A stretch of 64,000 bases of DNA, from the IMG/VR virus record IMGVR_UViG_3300037200_000088, positions 11,114 through 75,113 of that record; one strand, written 5' to 3'. A program made the position numbers and the translations under genes. Origin of the DNA: a virus. Under the pieces are notes generated by a model. It was not told where the DNA came from, searched no databases, and saw nothing but the letters and a program-made list of their open reading frames with translations. This document shows, in pieces, positions 18,659-27,521 of the stretch. How positions within the stretch are numbered: position 1 is the stretch's first letter; each line of letters opens with the position of its first letter.

Positions 18659-20667
18659 CAGAACGTCGCGCCCTGAAGGTTTCGCGTCAGGTCCGCAGGC
18701 TGTTGCGTAATGCCAGCCGCGACCATGTGCGGGCTAGGGTTCGCCTCGCTACTGAGCCCGTCGATCATGATCTTCGTGTCCATCGGCGCGTGGATCGTCG
18801 TGCCAGCCGTTCCGGCCGCGCCGCCTAGCGTAGGTGTCTGGCCGCCCATCAGGCTACCCGTTAGGGCACCTTGCGGCTCCCAATTACCCATCCCTTTCCA
18901 AGGATTTGGCAGATTGCTCACCGCGGGAGCGCGTGCGGGTTCACCTGCGGGCGCGTGCTGTGCTGGCTCATCGAGCGCGCCGAGCCGCCGCCCGATCGGC
19001 CCGAAATACGCAGTGCCGCTTGTACCCCAGGCGTCGGTACCGGCGGCGCCGGTATTGAGATATCGATTTGCACCGCCTACGCCCTGATTGTGCGCATAAC
19101 CCAACATTTGTAGTTGTTGCGGTTTCGACATCGCCGCGAATTTTGGATTTCGCATCAATTGGTTGTAGTGATCGAGCGTGTAGTTTTCGAAAAACCGCTC
19201 TTGCATCGCTGGATCGGCGAGAAACTCAGCGGTGCTAGGCCTCGGGACGCCGAGGCGCGCGGCGGTTTCGGTAATTTCCGCTGGGCCCATCTGGTAGCGG
19301 CCAGCGAACCGTCCGCCAGCGCCGCCCATGCGGTCGTAACGCTTACCCTCAATATCGGTCAGCCCCTCTTTGAAGGCCCCGTATTGTTCGGCACTAAAGC
19401 CGGTTCCGGTCGTCATCGAGGTCGCGTCATACGGGACGCCAGTGGGGCCCGTCGCCGCCGCGGCGGGGGCTCCCCGCAGCGGGGACGCACTCGCACCACC
19501 CCCAGGCGCGGCTTCGGCACCGCCTCCAGCCGCCGGAGGGCCGCCACCAGCCCATCCAGGGGCGTGCCTGCGATAGAAATTCTTTGCCGCGCCCCACACA
19601 CCGGTCGGCGCCGAGCCATCAGCGTTCGCCTGACCGCCCGCGCCTAGCGCGCCTTCGATCGCCGCACCGCCGCGGTTGTAACTGTCCAGGTCAGATTTGT
19701 TGCCGGATAGGCGATTGAGGATATCGGCGAACTTGTCGCCGTAGCTCAACAGCAATTGGATATCTTTGATGAAGCCGTGGAAGTTGTCGGCCAATTCCTT
19801 GATCGACACCGCGAAATCGCGCATGCCATCGCGAAACGAATCGAACGACTGCGGATCGTTCATGATCTTCTGGAAGTCGCCGACCCAAGCCGTCGTCATC
19901 GCCAGCAGCGCCTTGCTGATGATGTCAATGTCGGCGCCGATTCCCTTGCTGTTCGCCGTAAGGAACTGGTCGAACGCGTTGAGCGGACCGATCAGCGCCT
20001 TTGTCAACCCGCTCCCGATATCATCGCTGATCGCGGTGATCTTGTTGTGCGTATCGCGCCAGATCGTCGCCAGCTTATTCGCGTCGATTTCGGCTTGCGG
20101 CAGATCGAAGCCAAGCGTCTTGCGATAAGCGGCGAGTTTGTCCATCTGCTCGAGGATGTCGTCAGCGTTCCGGCGCAGCGCCATCGCGACGTTGTCGGAC
20201 ATGCCGACCTGGTGTGCGCCCTGGATCAGCAGCGCCGTGCTCATGTGAGACAGGTTTTTCAGATACTTCTGCTGCAACTCCATTTGGCCGGTGATCGGGT
20301 TCAACCCGAAGCCCATCCGGTTGATGTCTTGCACCGCGATCGAGCCGGCGCGCAGCTTGGCCGCCATGCTCTCGATCGAGCCGGCCGCCTCGCCCGCGCT
20401 GACGCCAGCCTGCGCCATCACTTTGACGAAATCGCTTACCGTCGCCGCAGCTGTATTCGTCCGCTGCGCCTGGAAGTAGAGGCGGTCGAAGTTGGTCGCG
20501 ACGTTCGAAACGCTATCGAGAACCTTGCGGGCGAGCTCCTCAAGGCCGTCGCCGAGCAGCCTCGCCTTGAGGGTGGCGCTTTCGATCGCCGCCTCGAACT
20601 GTTTCTGGCCGGTTTGATTGGACGCCCAGCCCAGCGAGATCAGAAACTCCTTGACGGTATCGGTCAT
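18658..20667 (-). CDS. Tape-measure paralogue 1 with a lysozyme-like domain
   Basis: N-terminus DTVKEFLISLGW..FDRLYFQAQR; IEG..Y..GG..FAGRYQMG...PAMQE...GYAHNQGVGG. Confidence 0.85.
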   Translation of the reverse strand: MTDTVKEFLISLGWASNQTGQKQFEAAIESATLKARLLGDGLEELARKVLDSVSNVATNFDRLYFQAQRTNTAAATVSDFVKVMAQAGVSAGEAAGSIESMAAKLRAGSIAVQDINRMGFGLNPITGQMELQQKYLKNLSHMSTALLIQGAHQVGMSDNVAMALRRNADDILEQMDKLAAYRKTLGFDLPQAEIDANKLATIWRDTHNKITAISDDIGSGLTKALIGPLNAFDQFLTANSKGIGADIDIISKALLAMTTAWVGDFQKIMNDPQSFDSFRDGMRDFAVSIKELADNFHGFIKDIQLLLSYGDKFADILNRLSGNKSDLDSYNRGGAAIEGALGAGGQANADGSAPTGVWGAAKNFYRRHAPGWAGGGPPAAGGGAEAAPGGGASASPLRGAPAAAATGPTGVPYDATSMTTGTGFSAEQYGAFKEGLTDIEGKRYDRMGGAGGRFAGRYQMGPAEITETAARLGVPRPSTAEFLADPAMQERFFENYTLDHYNQLMRNPKFAAMSKPQQLQMLGYAHNQGVGGANRYLNTGAAGTDAWGTSGTAYFGPIGRRLGALDEPAQHAPAGEPARAPAVSNLPNPWKGMGNWEPQGALTGSLMGGQTPTLGGAAGTAGTTIHAPMDTKIMIDGLSSEANPSPHMVAAGITQQPADLTRNLQGATF

Positions 20668-20834
20668 TTCCTTTCCGCCGCCTTGCGCGCCCGCGCGTCA
20701 TTCTCCGCCTTGACGGCGAGCGCGTCATTCATGATCGCGATGTCGAGCAGGTCGAGCGTGCCGTCTTTCAGGCTTTCGTATTTGCACCAGTTCGCCGCGA
20801 CCGGCGCCAACAGCCAGTCTAGGTTATCCGGCAT
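20664..20834 (-). CDS. Tail assembly chaperone, second ORF (DUF6889-like; -1 frameshift extension)
   Basis: MPDNLDWLLAPV..WCKYESLKDGTLDLLDIAIMNDAL; absent from the ORF track, translated by hand. Confidence 0.85.
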   Translation of the reverse strand: MPDNLDWLLAPVAANWCKYESLKDGTLDLLDIAIMNDALAVKAENDARARKAAERK

Positions 20835-20836
20835 CC

Positions 20837-21319
20837 TTACTGGATCGAATGTGAGGCGGCCGGATTCGCGCCTGTCAAACTTGACAGGCCGGCGGGCAAA
20901 AAACCACCGAAGGTCTCCTGGAAGACGCCTAGCGCAATGCGCAGCATGACGGTGAAATCGTTGTTGATGTCATCGAACATCGAGCGCCCGGCGTCTGCCG
21001 ACCAGACCTTTGCCCAACCGATTTCGCCGTCTCGCTTGCGTTCAACCGTCGCCAGGCAAGTGCCGATAATGAACCTGCGGTCCCCGGCCGACATTTTAGC
21101 CAGCTCGCGCGCGACCGGCGTTGCGATATGCCCCAACTGCTCCAGGGAGGTCTCGGCAAGATTGCCAACCCCCTGCTGGCGCATTTGCACCAAGAGCGGC
21201 GCGAGTTCTCCGAACCCGGAGGCGAGCAACGGCGAGATTTTAGCGATGATCTCGATTTGGTCGAACGCGTTGATCCGCGACGTCTGGCGATAGACACAGT
21301 CGCCTACCCTGAATTCCAT
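20837..21319 (-). CDS. Tail assembly chaperone
   Basis: INAFDQIEIIAKISPLL...MFDDI; between tube and tape measure. Confidence 0.85.
   Translation of the reverse strand: MEFRVGDCVYRQTSRINAFDQIEIIAKISPLLASGFGELAPLLVQMRQQGVGNLAETSLEQLGHIATPVARELAKMSAGDRRFIIGTCLATVERKRDGEIGWAKVWSADAGRSMFDDINNDFTVMLRIALGVFQETFGGFLPAGLSSLTGANPAASHSIQ
20870..20903 (-). promoter_or_regulatory. Programmed -1 frameshift signal: T TTT TTG plus a downstream hairpin
   Basis: Slippery heptamer at 20903-20897; GCCTGTCA-agtt-TGACAGGC hairpin 3' of it; -1 frame is open into 20664..20834. Confidence 0.8.
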
Positions 21320-21346
21320 TCGCGTCACCCTTTCCAAAGTAAATCG

Positions 21347-21550
21347 TCAATCTAGCCGCTTCCATGTCGGCTCTCTCGATACGCATCTAGCGAACGATCC
21401 GCCGCCTTCCGACGCGTACATTCGGTTCAGCTTATCCTCTCGCCGGCGGCAATCCTCAACGCTGGCGAAATAGGTCGGCTGGCCCTCAAGCACGCAAACC
21501 TGGGCTGGCCCGGGTGCGGTGCAAAGCATCAGCGCGATGATTGTGTTCAA
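21347..21550 (-). CDS. Small hypothetical protein with a hydrophobic N-terminus and Cys residues
   Basis: 67-aa ORF, MNTIIALMLC... Confidence 0.5.
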   Translation of the reverse strand: MNTIIALMLCTAPGPAQVCVLEGQPTYFASVEDCRRREDKLNRMYASEGGGSFARCVSREPTWKRLD

Positions 21551-21646
21551 CGGAAGCCCCTTTCGCGCTCCGGGATTGGAGCTACGAAGGAGTTATTTTA
21601 CATCACAGTATTACGCAACTCGTTCCCTAAAGTATCTTCTGGCGGC

Positions 21647-22429
21647 TTAGATCGACGCCATCAGGAGGCCCGCTGCTAAGCCCTTTGGTCTGGCACTCCT
21701 GTTCTGAGCAATTTTGCTCATAAGGGCGCAAGATTCAGGAGATCGCTTTTTGCCACGGTTTTTCGCAGCAGCCTTGGCGCGTGCCTCAGGGGTGTGAATA
21801 AGCGCGACGCACTTGGCTATTGTTTGAGCGGAGGGCGGCGGACGGTTGCGCGCTGCGACACTTCGTCTATCGCGCGTCTCATCGCTTTGATTGAGAACGG
21901 CTTGTCTGATCAGCTCGCAGGTTTCTTTGGAATGCGCGTACCCGCTCTTAGCGCGCCTTCCGGCTACAGCCGCCGCGATATGCTCAGGCGTTCGGTTGAG
22001 AGCGGCGACCCGTTTTCTTTCCCGCGTTTCGGGCGAGTCGATACGTCCCTTTAGGGCCGCGCTTCGCTTTGTCTTTGTGAGGGGCGCCGTCCGTCTCGAT
22101 ATTTCCCCAATGAGCCGCTTTCCAGCCTCGGTGTGTTTATGCCCAGACGCGCCCTCGCCACCGTCCGTCAGATTGAGCAGCGGGCCACCATGCCGATTGC
22201 GACCGATTGAAGCAATCAATGCCACTTCTAGTTCGTAGGCGGCAGCCTCGGTTAAGTTTTCGCTGACCTTCGCGATGGGAAGCTCGCCATATTTCCTAAT
22301 GAGGTTGCGAAGATGCTTGTTGTGATCGCGGCGAGGCGTATAGCATCGCCGTCCGACGCCCTTTCCAACGTAGCATGGCGCGCCATTTGGGCGGAAAATC
22401 ACATACACGTAGAACCGAGAATCGCTCAT
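21647..22429 (-). CDS. Free-standing GIY-YIG-like homing endonuclease with NUMOD3-like repeats
   Basis: FYVYVIFRPNGAPCYVGKG..R; E..LI..IGR; LLNLTDGGEG; HTE../DSPETR/HSKETC repeats. Confidence 0.85.
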   Translation of the reverse strand: MSDSRFYVYVIFRPNGAPCYVGKGVGRRCYTPRRDHNKHLRNLIRKYGELPIAKVSENLTEAAAYELEVALIASIGRNRHGGPLLNLTDGGEGASGHKHTEAGKRLIGEISRRTAPLTKTKRSAALKGRIDSPETRERKRVAALNRTPEHIAAAVAGRRAKSGYAHSKETCELIRQAVLNQSDETRDRRSVAARNRPPPSAQTIAKCVALIHTPEARAKAAAKNRGKKRSPESCALMSKIAQNRSARPKGLAAGLLMASI

Positions 22430-22457
22430 GCCCGCACTTATAGCATGATTGTCTCAG

Positions 22458-22949
22458 CTATTGGGCGATCGGGAGTCCTGCTGAAAGTCCGGTGTTCATT
22501 AATCCGTTCCCCAATACTTCCGACGTCGCGATGAAGTCGAAGGCCCAGACATTGAGGCCGCCCTCGGTAGAGTAGCCGATGTCTGATTGTTTGATGAAAG
22601 CCCCGGCGGTCGCAACAATCGCGTCGCCACTGACCGGATTTGCGATCGTCAGGATATTCTGCCCCCAGTATGCCGCCGATTTTGATTGATAGGCGTAAAG
22701 CTGGTTCATCAGCGCATTGCCCGTCGCCGTCTTCAAGAGCGAGATCGTGATGCGGCTCGCCGTCGTCGCCTTCAGCGAGTGCATGCCGTCGCCATTCGCG
22801 CCGATCGTCATCGTGTTTTTGTCAGAGGACATCGCAATGCGAATGCTCTCATCCGAGACGCCAGACGAGGCTATATCGAAGTTTCCGCCAGGGCCTGAGA
22901 TAGATGCCTGAACGTCAAAGAACGAATAGACGCCACTTTGGACGGCCAT
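22458..22949 (-). CDS. Tail tube protein (DUF3277-like)
   Basis: YSFFDVQASISGPGG...KNTMTIGANGDGMHSL; follows sheath. Confidence 0.9.
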   Translation of the reverse strand: MAVQSGVYSFFDVQASISGPGGNFDIASSGVSDESIRIAMSSDKNTMTIGANGDGMHSLKATTASRITISLLKTATGNALMNQLYAYQSKSAAYWGQNILTIANPVSGDAIVATAGAFIKQSDIGYSTEGGLNVWAFDFIATSEVLGNGLMNTGLSAGLPIAQ

Positions 22950-23003
22950 GTTACTGTCTCCGGCGAGTTAGTGTGATGTAGTATTCAAGAATAGGCGACA
23001 GTA

Positions 23004-24521
23004 TCACGGGTTGATGTTCAAAAGTACGTCAGCTATTTGCACGGCACCTGCCAACTTCGCGGCCACCTGAAATGGAACGCTGATACGTTCTTCTCGCAAG
23101 TTCTCGGCCTGCGTAGCAACAGGAGGATAATATATGTAGTACCCCTTTGTAAGTATCTGCCCGTTCTGCAATTGGCCGAAGCCATCTGCGTTCCATTGTC
23201 CCGGCGCCATCAGCCCATTGTTGATACCGGCCTCGCAGCCTGCCGCAATCGCGGTCGCGATCTGGTTAGACCCGGCATCGGTCTGCGGAATCTTCGTGCC
23301 GGTCGTGTAGAGCAAGTTGAACACGTCGGTTTGGATTTGGTTCTGCAGCCAATCGACGCCCTGGACCTCATCGAACCAGTAGCCGTTGGTCATCTGGCCG
23401 TTCCAAATCATCACCGCGCCGTTGGACACTGTGATGTTGACGTTGCCGCCCTTGCCGATCAGCGTCGCGAACTGCGTCTCGTTGAGTTGTTCGGCCTGGA
23501 GGCCCGGCGCCTGCTTGTAGGCCAGGGTCAGCGTCGTATCGTTGCCCTCGAAATCGACGGTGAAGCCGCGCCCGAACATCGTCGCGACCGCGTAGGGGTT
23601 GAACGCCGAATACATCCAGAACATTTTGCGGTTGTTGAGCGATTGTAGCACGCTCCCCAGGTCGGCCGTTTGCGTCGGGTCCATCACATTTGTGTTTTGG
23701 ATCGTCGTGCCGAACATGCGCTGGCGCTGGCCGGCGAGGATATAGGCGCTGATCGCGATGTAGTCGGCCTGGACGAGCTTGACGGTCGTGGCGTCCATCA
23801 ACCCGTACCACTGCGAGGAGGTCGCCACGCAGGCCTGTACGCCGCTCAGCGCGCTCTCGGCGTTCTGCCCCGGGATCAGTGGCGAGGCGCCGGAGGCGGA
23901 CGTAAGGCCGAGCAAGGTCGAAATGTCGGTGGTGCCGCCGATCGCCGATGACGTTGAGCCGAACGAAACCGAGGAAGCCGGGCCGGTCGTGTTGCTGGTG
24001 ATGACGAATTGGGTTTCGGCGGAATTCCAGACGCAGGTAACGCCGGAGGTGAAAGCAGCGACCAGCGCGGTTTGAATGATCGACGCCACGCCGTTCATGT
24101 TCAACGCGGCCGAGAAGTTCAGCGGTTGGATATTGGCCGCGACGCCGTTGACCGAAATGCGAAATGATCCATCCGTGATCGCGGTGAAGTTCGAGAGCAG
24201 CGCCTGAAGCGGGTTGAGCGTCGCGGCGCCCAGCATGCCGGCGGTTGCCGTGCTGGCCCAGCGGCCGATATAGACGATCGCGGGCTGCGGCGACTGTTCA
24301 AAAAACAACTCCGCCGCCAGATATTCTGGAGTGTTCGAGGCGAAGTCAACCGCGACCTCCTCAAAGCCGGAATACTGGCGGATGCGTTCATTGGTGTTGA
24401 TGACGTTGGAGTCTCCCAAGATCAACAATGTACCAAAGTTCTCGAACGGGACTGCCGTCGGCGTGAACGAGACGGCTACGTTGACGAAGTCCGAGACGTC
24501 GACCGCAATCACGTTTGCCAT
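23004..24521 (-). CDS. Tail sheath protein (DUF3383)
   Basis: PEYLAAELFFEQSPQP..YIGRW; DWLQNQIQTDVFNLLY..KIPQTDAG; KLAGAVQ. Confidence 0.92.
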   Translation of the reverse strand: MANVIAVDVSDFVNVAVSFTPTAVPFENFGTLLILGDSNVINTNERIRQYSGFEEVAVDFASNTPEYLAAELFFEQSPQPAIVYIGRWASTATAGMLGAATLNPLQALLSNFTAITDGSFRISVNGVAANIQPLNFSAALNMNGVASIIQTALVAAFTSGVTCVWNSAETQFVITSNTTGPASSVSFGSTSSAIGGTTDISTLLGLTSASGASPLIPGQNAESALSGVQACVATSSQWYGLMDATTVKLVQADYIAISAYILAGQRQRMFGTTIQNTNVMDPTQTADLGSVLQSLNNRKMFWMYSAFNPYAVATMFGRGFTVDFEGNDTTLTLAYKQAPGLQAEQLNETQFATLIGKGGNVNITVSNGAVMIWNGQMTNGYWFDEVQGVDWLQNQIQTDVFNLLYTTGTKIPQTDAGSNQIATAIAAGCEAGINNGLMAPGQWNADGFGQLQNGQILTKGYYIYYPPVATQAENLREERISVPFQVAAKLAGAVQIADVLLNINP

Positions 24522-24533
24522 TTGGTTGGTCCC

Positions 24534-25160
24534 TTATTCGACGAGCGGGTTGACGCTGAACGGTGTCTGCAGCGGATCGGTCAGATCGCCGTCGTGCTGA
24601 TCCGTGAGGATCGTCCCCTGCATTTCCAGAATGTTGAGGATCGGCCACACCAGCGTCGTGCGGCGCCGGAACATGATCTGAATATCGGCGCGGCGCAGCG
24701 TTTGGTTGTTTACGATCTCAGGCAGAAACACCGTCTTGCCGGGTATCTCCATAAGCGCGAGGCCGGAGTTGTAGAGCGTCTCGCGGTTTTGCGGGATCAT
24801 CAGGCCGGTGCGCAGTAGCTTGGCGTTGCCGCGCGCGGTGGGTCCGTAGAAGCTCGCCAGCACGGTCACGGTGTCGACGTCGTAGGAGATCGTCGAGCCT
24901 TGGCCCGCGCTCAGGTGGACCTGGCTGATGTTGGGCTCGGGGTCTTCGTCGGTTATCCCGATCGCGCACCAGTCGACGGACGGCTCGGGAACGGGCGGCG
25001 GACGTGGCTGCCACCGTGGTCTGATCAGATTGCCCGGGAGCCCCGTGACACCCACGACGAGAGCCTGAAGGATCTCGTCAAGGGCAGTATCTTCAGGCGG
25101 AAGACCGGCCGGCGCCGGGCTGAGAAACCCGCCAGTAGAACTGTCGTTAGTGTTGGCCAC
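24534..25160 (-). CDS. Tail terminator / neck protein
   Basis: NDSSTGGFL..VVGVTGLPGNLIRPRWQP..DWCAIGIT. Confidence 0.8.
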   Translation of the reverse strand: MANTNDSSTGGFLSPAPAGLPPEDTALDEILQALVVGVTGLPGNLIRPRWQPRPPPVPEPSVDWCAIGITDEDPEPNISQVHLSAGQGSTISYDVDTVTVLASFYGPTARGNAKLLRTGLMIPQNRETLYNSGLALMEIPGKTVFLPEIVNNQTLRRADIQIMFRRRTTLVWPILNILEMQGTILTDQHDGDLTDPLQTPFSVNPLVE

Positions 25161-25469
25161 TTACGCCTTGACGGCTTTCTTCAGCGCGACCCCGAACTTG
25201 GTCCCGTCCCAAACATGCGGCTTTTTCATGCGTGGCTTCGGCGCGCCCATTTGCGCGAGAATGTGCGGCGCGCCGAGATTGAGCTTTGGCTTGGTCAGCA
25301 TGTGCATCACGTAGTTAACGCGACCGCGGTCGGCCATCGCTGGCGTCTTGAAGCGTGAGTCTGGGAAGCCAAGATTTGCTGCCTCAAGGAAAGGCGCGGC
25401 TTGCTCCGCGGTGAACGCCTTCGCCTCGGCAGGGAAGGCGGCGCGAATGTCGTCAAAGCTGATAGCCAC
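25161..25469 (-). CDS. Divergent DUF4054-like head-tail adaptor paralogue
   Basis: IRAAFP...HML...WDGTKFG parallels FRIVFPEF...HNI...YNATSYG of 27522..27947. Confidence 0.5.
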   Translation of the reverse strand: MAISFDDIRAAFPAEAKAFTAEQAAPFLEAANLGFPDSRFKTPAMADRGRVNYVMHMLTKPKLNLGAPHILAQMGAPKPRMKKPHVWDGTKFGVALKKAVKA

Positions 25470-25479
25470 GGTGGCTCCT

Positions 25480-25872
25480 TCAGGATGTGGGGTTCAGCGG
25501 CAAGAGGTCGCAGCCCGCTTTCACGAAGCCTGGACCGAACGCCGAATAATCCTCGACGCTGATCACCGTAAAAACGCGCGAGTGCCAACAAATCGTATCG
25601 GCGTCACGGTACGTCGAGTCGTTGGTCTTGTATCCGGCGCTCAGCGGGTAGGCCGTGAACACTTCGATGTAGGCGACGACCCGCGAGCCATCGTCGCCGC
25701 GGCGTAGATTGGACTTGCCTGGCACAACGATCGCGGTGACCGTCTCTGGAAAGTTTGGCGTCACGACGTCTTCACCGCCCGTGCCGATAACGCCCTGATT
25801 GACGGTGACGGTTATCGTGTCGGTGAATTCCGGACTGTCGAGTACATCCTCAAATGAAAGGCTCGGGGGCAT
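25480..25872 (-). CDS. Head closure / head-tail joining protein
   Basis: DVLDSPEF..ITV...DADTICWHSRVFTV...DYSAFGPGFV. Confidence 0.75.
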   Translation of the reverse strand: MPPSLSFEDVLDSPEFTDTITVTVNQGVIGTGGEDVVTPNFPETVTAIVVPGKSNLRRGDDGSRVVAYIEVFTAYPLSAGYKTNDSTYRDADTICWHSRVFTVISVEDYSAFGPGFVKAGCDLLPLNPTS

Positions 25873-25878
25873 CTTTCG

Positions 25879-26106
25879 CTATTCGCCCCCGATTGAGAAT
25901 TCGTAGCGACGACCGCCACGGTCTATGACGCCGGCAACCGAGCGCTCAGCGCTTGAGACTGTCGCCGCCGCCAAGCAAAGCTCACCGCCGATCAGCGTGG
26001 CGCCGTTCAAATTGGCGATATAGTTTCGCAGCGCTGACGGCGGTTCGGCGAACAGATCGCAAAGCGCCTCATGTTGCTTGCGGTCTAGCGCGTCTGTGCC
26101 TGCCAT
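25879..26106 (-). CDS. Hypothetical protein
   Basis: 75-aa ORF co-oriented with the operon. Confidence 0.5.
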   Translation of the reverse strand: MAGTDALDRKQHEALCDLFAEPPSALRNYIANLNGATLIGGELCLAAATVSSAERSVAGVIDRGGRRYEFSIGGE

Positions 26107-26162
26107 AGGGTTTCTCGCTATTTCGGGCGAATGACGAAAGTCACCGCGGCATGTCTCAGTTT

Positions 26163-26948
26163 TCAGTATCCCCGAATTTTCCTCAGCGCCGCGGCGATCA
26201 TTTCGTGTTCTTCGGCGGTGCCTGAATTCTTGATCGAGTTGGCCCTCCTGCCGACAATCCAGACATTGCCGGGCTCATAGCCGCGAGACGAGTCGATGCG
26301 ATCGATCGACGGGGAATAGATACCGTCGCGAACTTCTGGTGCCGGCCAAGGATGGCCGAGCAAAGGACAGTAATCACCCATCGGAGGAATGTCGCCTAGA
26401 ACAATAGTAAATGTTCGGCCCATCCGTTTAGACCGGTGCTTAGCCTCTGCATACAGGAGCTTCACTATATTATTGGCTCGGTACCTGCGCGCTCTTGCCC
26501 GAAGAACTAGGACAGGTGTGTTTTTACGGCATTTTTTGTTTGATTCTTTCGCCCGTTCGGGGTGTCGCTCGCGATACTTCTTGGCATGAGCAATGCGACG
26601 AGCGGCGAACGCGACCGGATCGCCCGCCCTTAATTCGGCCTCATATTGCCGCTGCCGCGCAACCCTGCGCTCACGAAGCTCGCCGTCAGTCTTTGTCTTC
26701 GGTCGCCCGGTTCGCTTTATTTTCTGGTATTCGCGCAGGTCTTCGGCCGTCTTTATCTCAGGTGGGACAGGATTAAGCTCGCGATAGCGCCGCCTTCGTA
26801 TGGCTGCCTTCTCGGCTTCCCTCTTGTTATGCCCCACCGGATCGATCGCTTTTCGCTCAAGATAATACTCGTGCGCGCGCCTTAGTTTACGTTCTCGCGC
26901 CTCTTCAACGCTGTATTTTCTGGGCCGTCCGGTTTTTGACATATACAA
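26163..26948 (-). CDS. Free-standing HNH-like homing endonuclease
   Basis: CPLLG...SPSIDRIDSSRGYEPGNVWIVGRRANSIKN; basic N-terminus with two KxTGRPxK repeats. Confidence 0.8.
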   Translation of the reverse strand: MYMSKTGRPRKYSVEEARERKLRRAHEYYLERKAIDPVGHNKREAEKAAIRRRRYRELNPVPPEIKTAEDLREYQKIKRTGRPKTKTDGELRERRVARQRQYEAELRAGDPVAFAARRIAHAKKYRERHPERAKESNKKCRKNTPVLVLRARARRYRANNIVKLLYAEAKHRSKRMGRTFTIVLGDIPPMGDYCPLLGHPWPAPEVRDGIYSPSIDRIDSSRGYEPGNVWIVGRRANSIKNSGTAEEHEMIAAALRKIRGY

Positions 26949-26957
26949 ACGTTATCA

Positions 26958-27512
26958 TCACTTGGCCCGTATAACAAATGATATGCTGTTTCTCAACGCC
27001 CCCGTGTCAATCAAAGGACTGAAGTCTCCGCCCATCCATTTCGCCATCATCGTCGATTTGCGCGCGTCGCTGGCGTTCTGATAGCCGACCTTGCGCCGCA
27101 GCCGAGCGGCCTTGGTCGCATCCTTAATCGGGACGAACGGCCCATCGGTGATCTTCAATTGGACCGCGGCGGCGGCGGCTAGACCTACCGCAACCAGTTG
27201 CTGTGTGACGTCGCCGACGCTCTTGAAGTCTAGCGCGAGCTCGCCGGCCTTTTTCAGCTTCGGCAGCAGCGCTGGCATTGCGCCTTGAACGCCGGGGACG
27301 AGGAATGGCCGCGCCGGGATGTTCTTGATCGGCGAGCCCGTTTCCATGATCCAGCCGAGCTGTGCGTTGTTAATCGGGCTCGGCTTGGCGCCTGGCGCGT
27401 CTTGGCGCTCAGCGTTCTCGGCCGGGATCCCCACGAGGACTTCGTTTTTTGTGAGAGTGCGAACAGCCTTGAGGACTTCCTCGACTTTGTCTTTCGTTAT
27501 ACGAACGCCCAT
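26958..27512 (-). CDS. Neck / tail-completion protein
   Basis: EVLVGIP..NNAQLGWIMETGSP..IPARPFL...PLIDTGALRNSISF. Confidence 0.85.
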   Translation of the reverse strand: MGVRITKDKVEEVLKAVRTLTKNEVLVGIPAENAERQDAPGAKPSPINNAQLGWIMETGSPIKNIPARPFLVPGVQGAMPALLPKLKKAGELALDFKSVGDVTQQLVAVGLAAAAAVQLKITDGPFVPIKDATKAARLRRKVGYQNASDARKSTMMAKWMGGDFSPLIDTGALRNSISFVIRAK

Positions 27513-27521
27513 CGGTTGCAA

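Noticed and set aside
16796-20667. Assembly artefact or a frameshifted single TMP
   Set aside because: The copies are strongly diverged, each has complete N- and C-terminal modules, and the junction is a normal TGATG coupling
19756-20949. 397-aa plus-strand ORF
   Set aside because: Antisense shadow of the tape-measure gene
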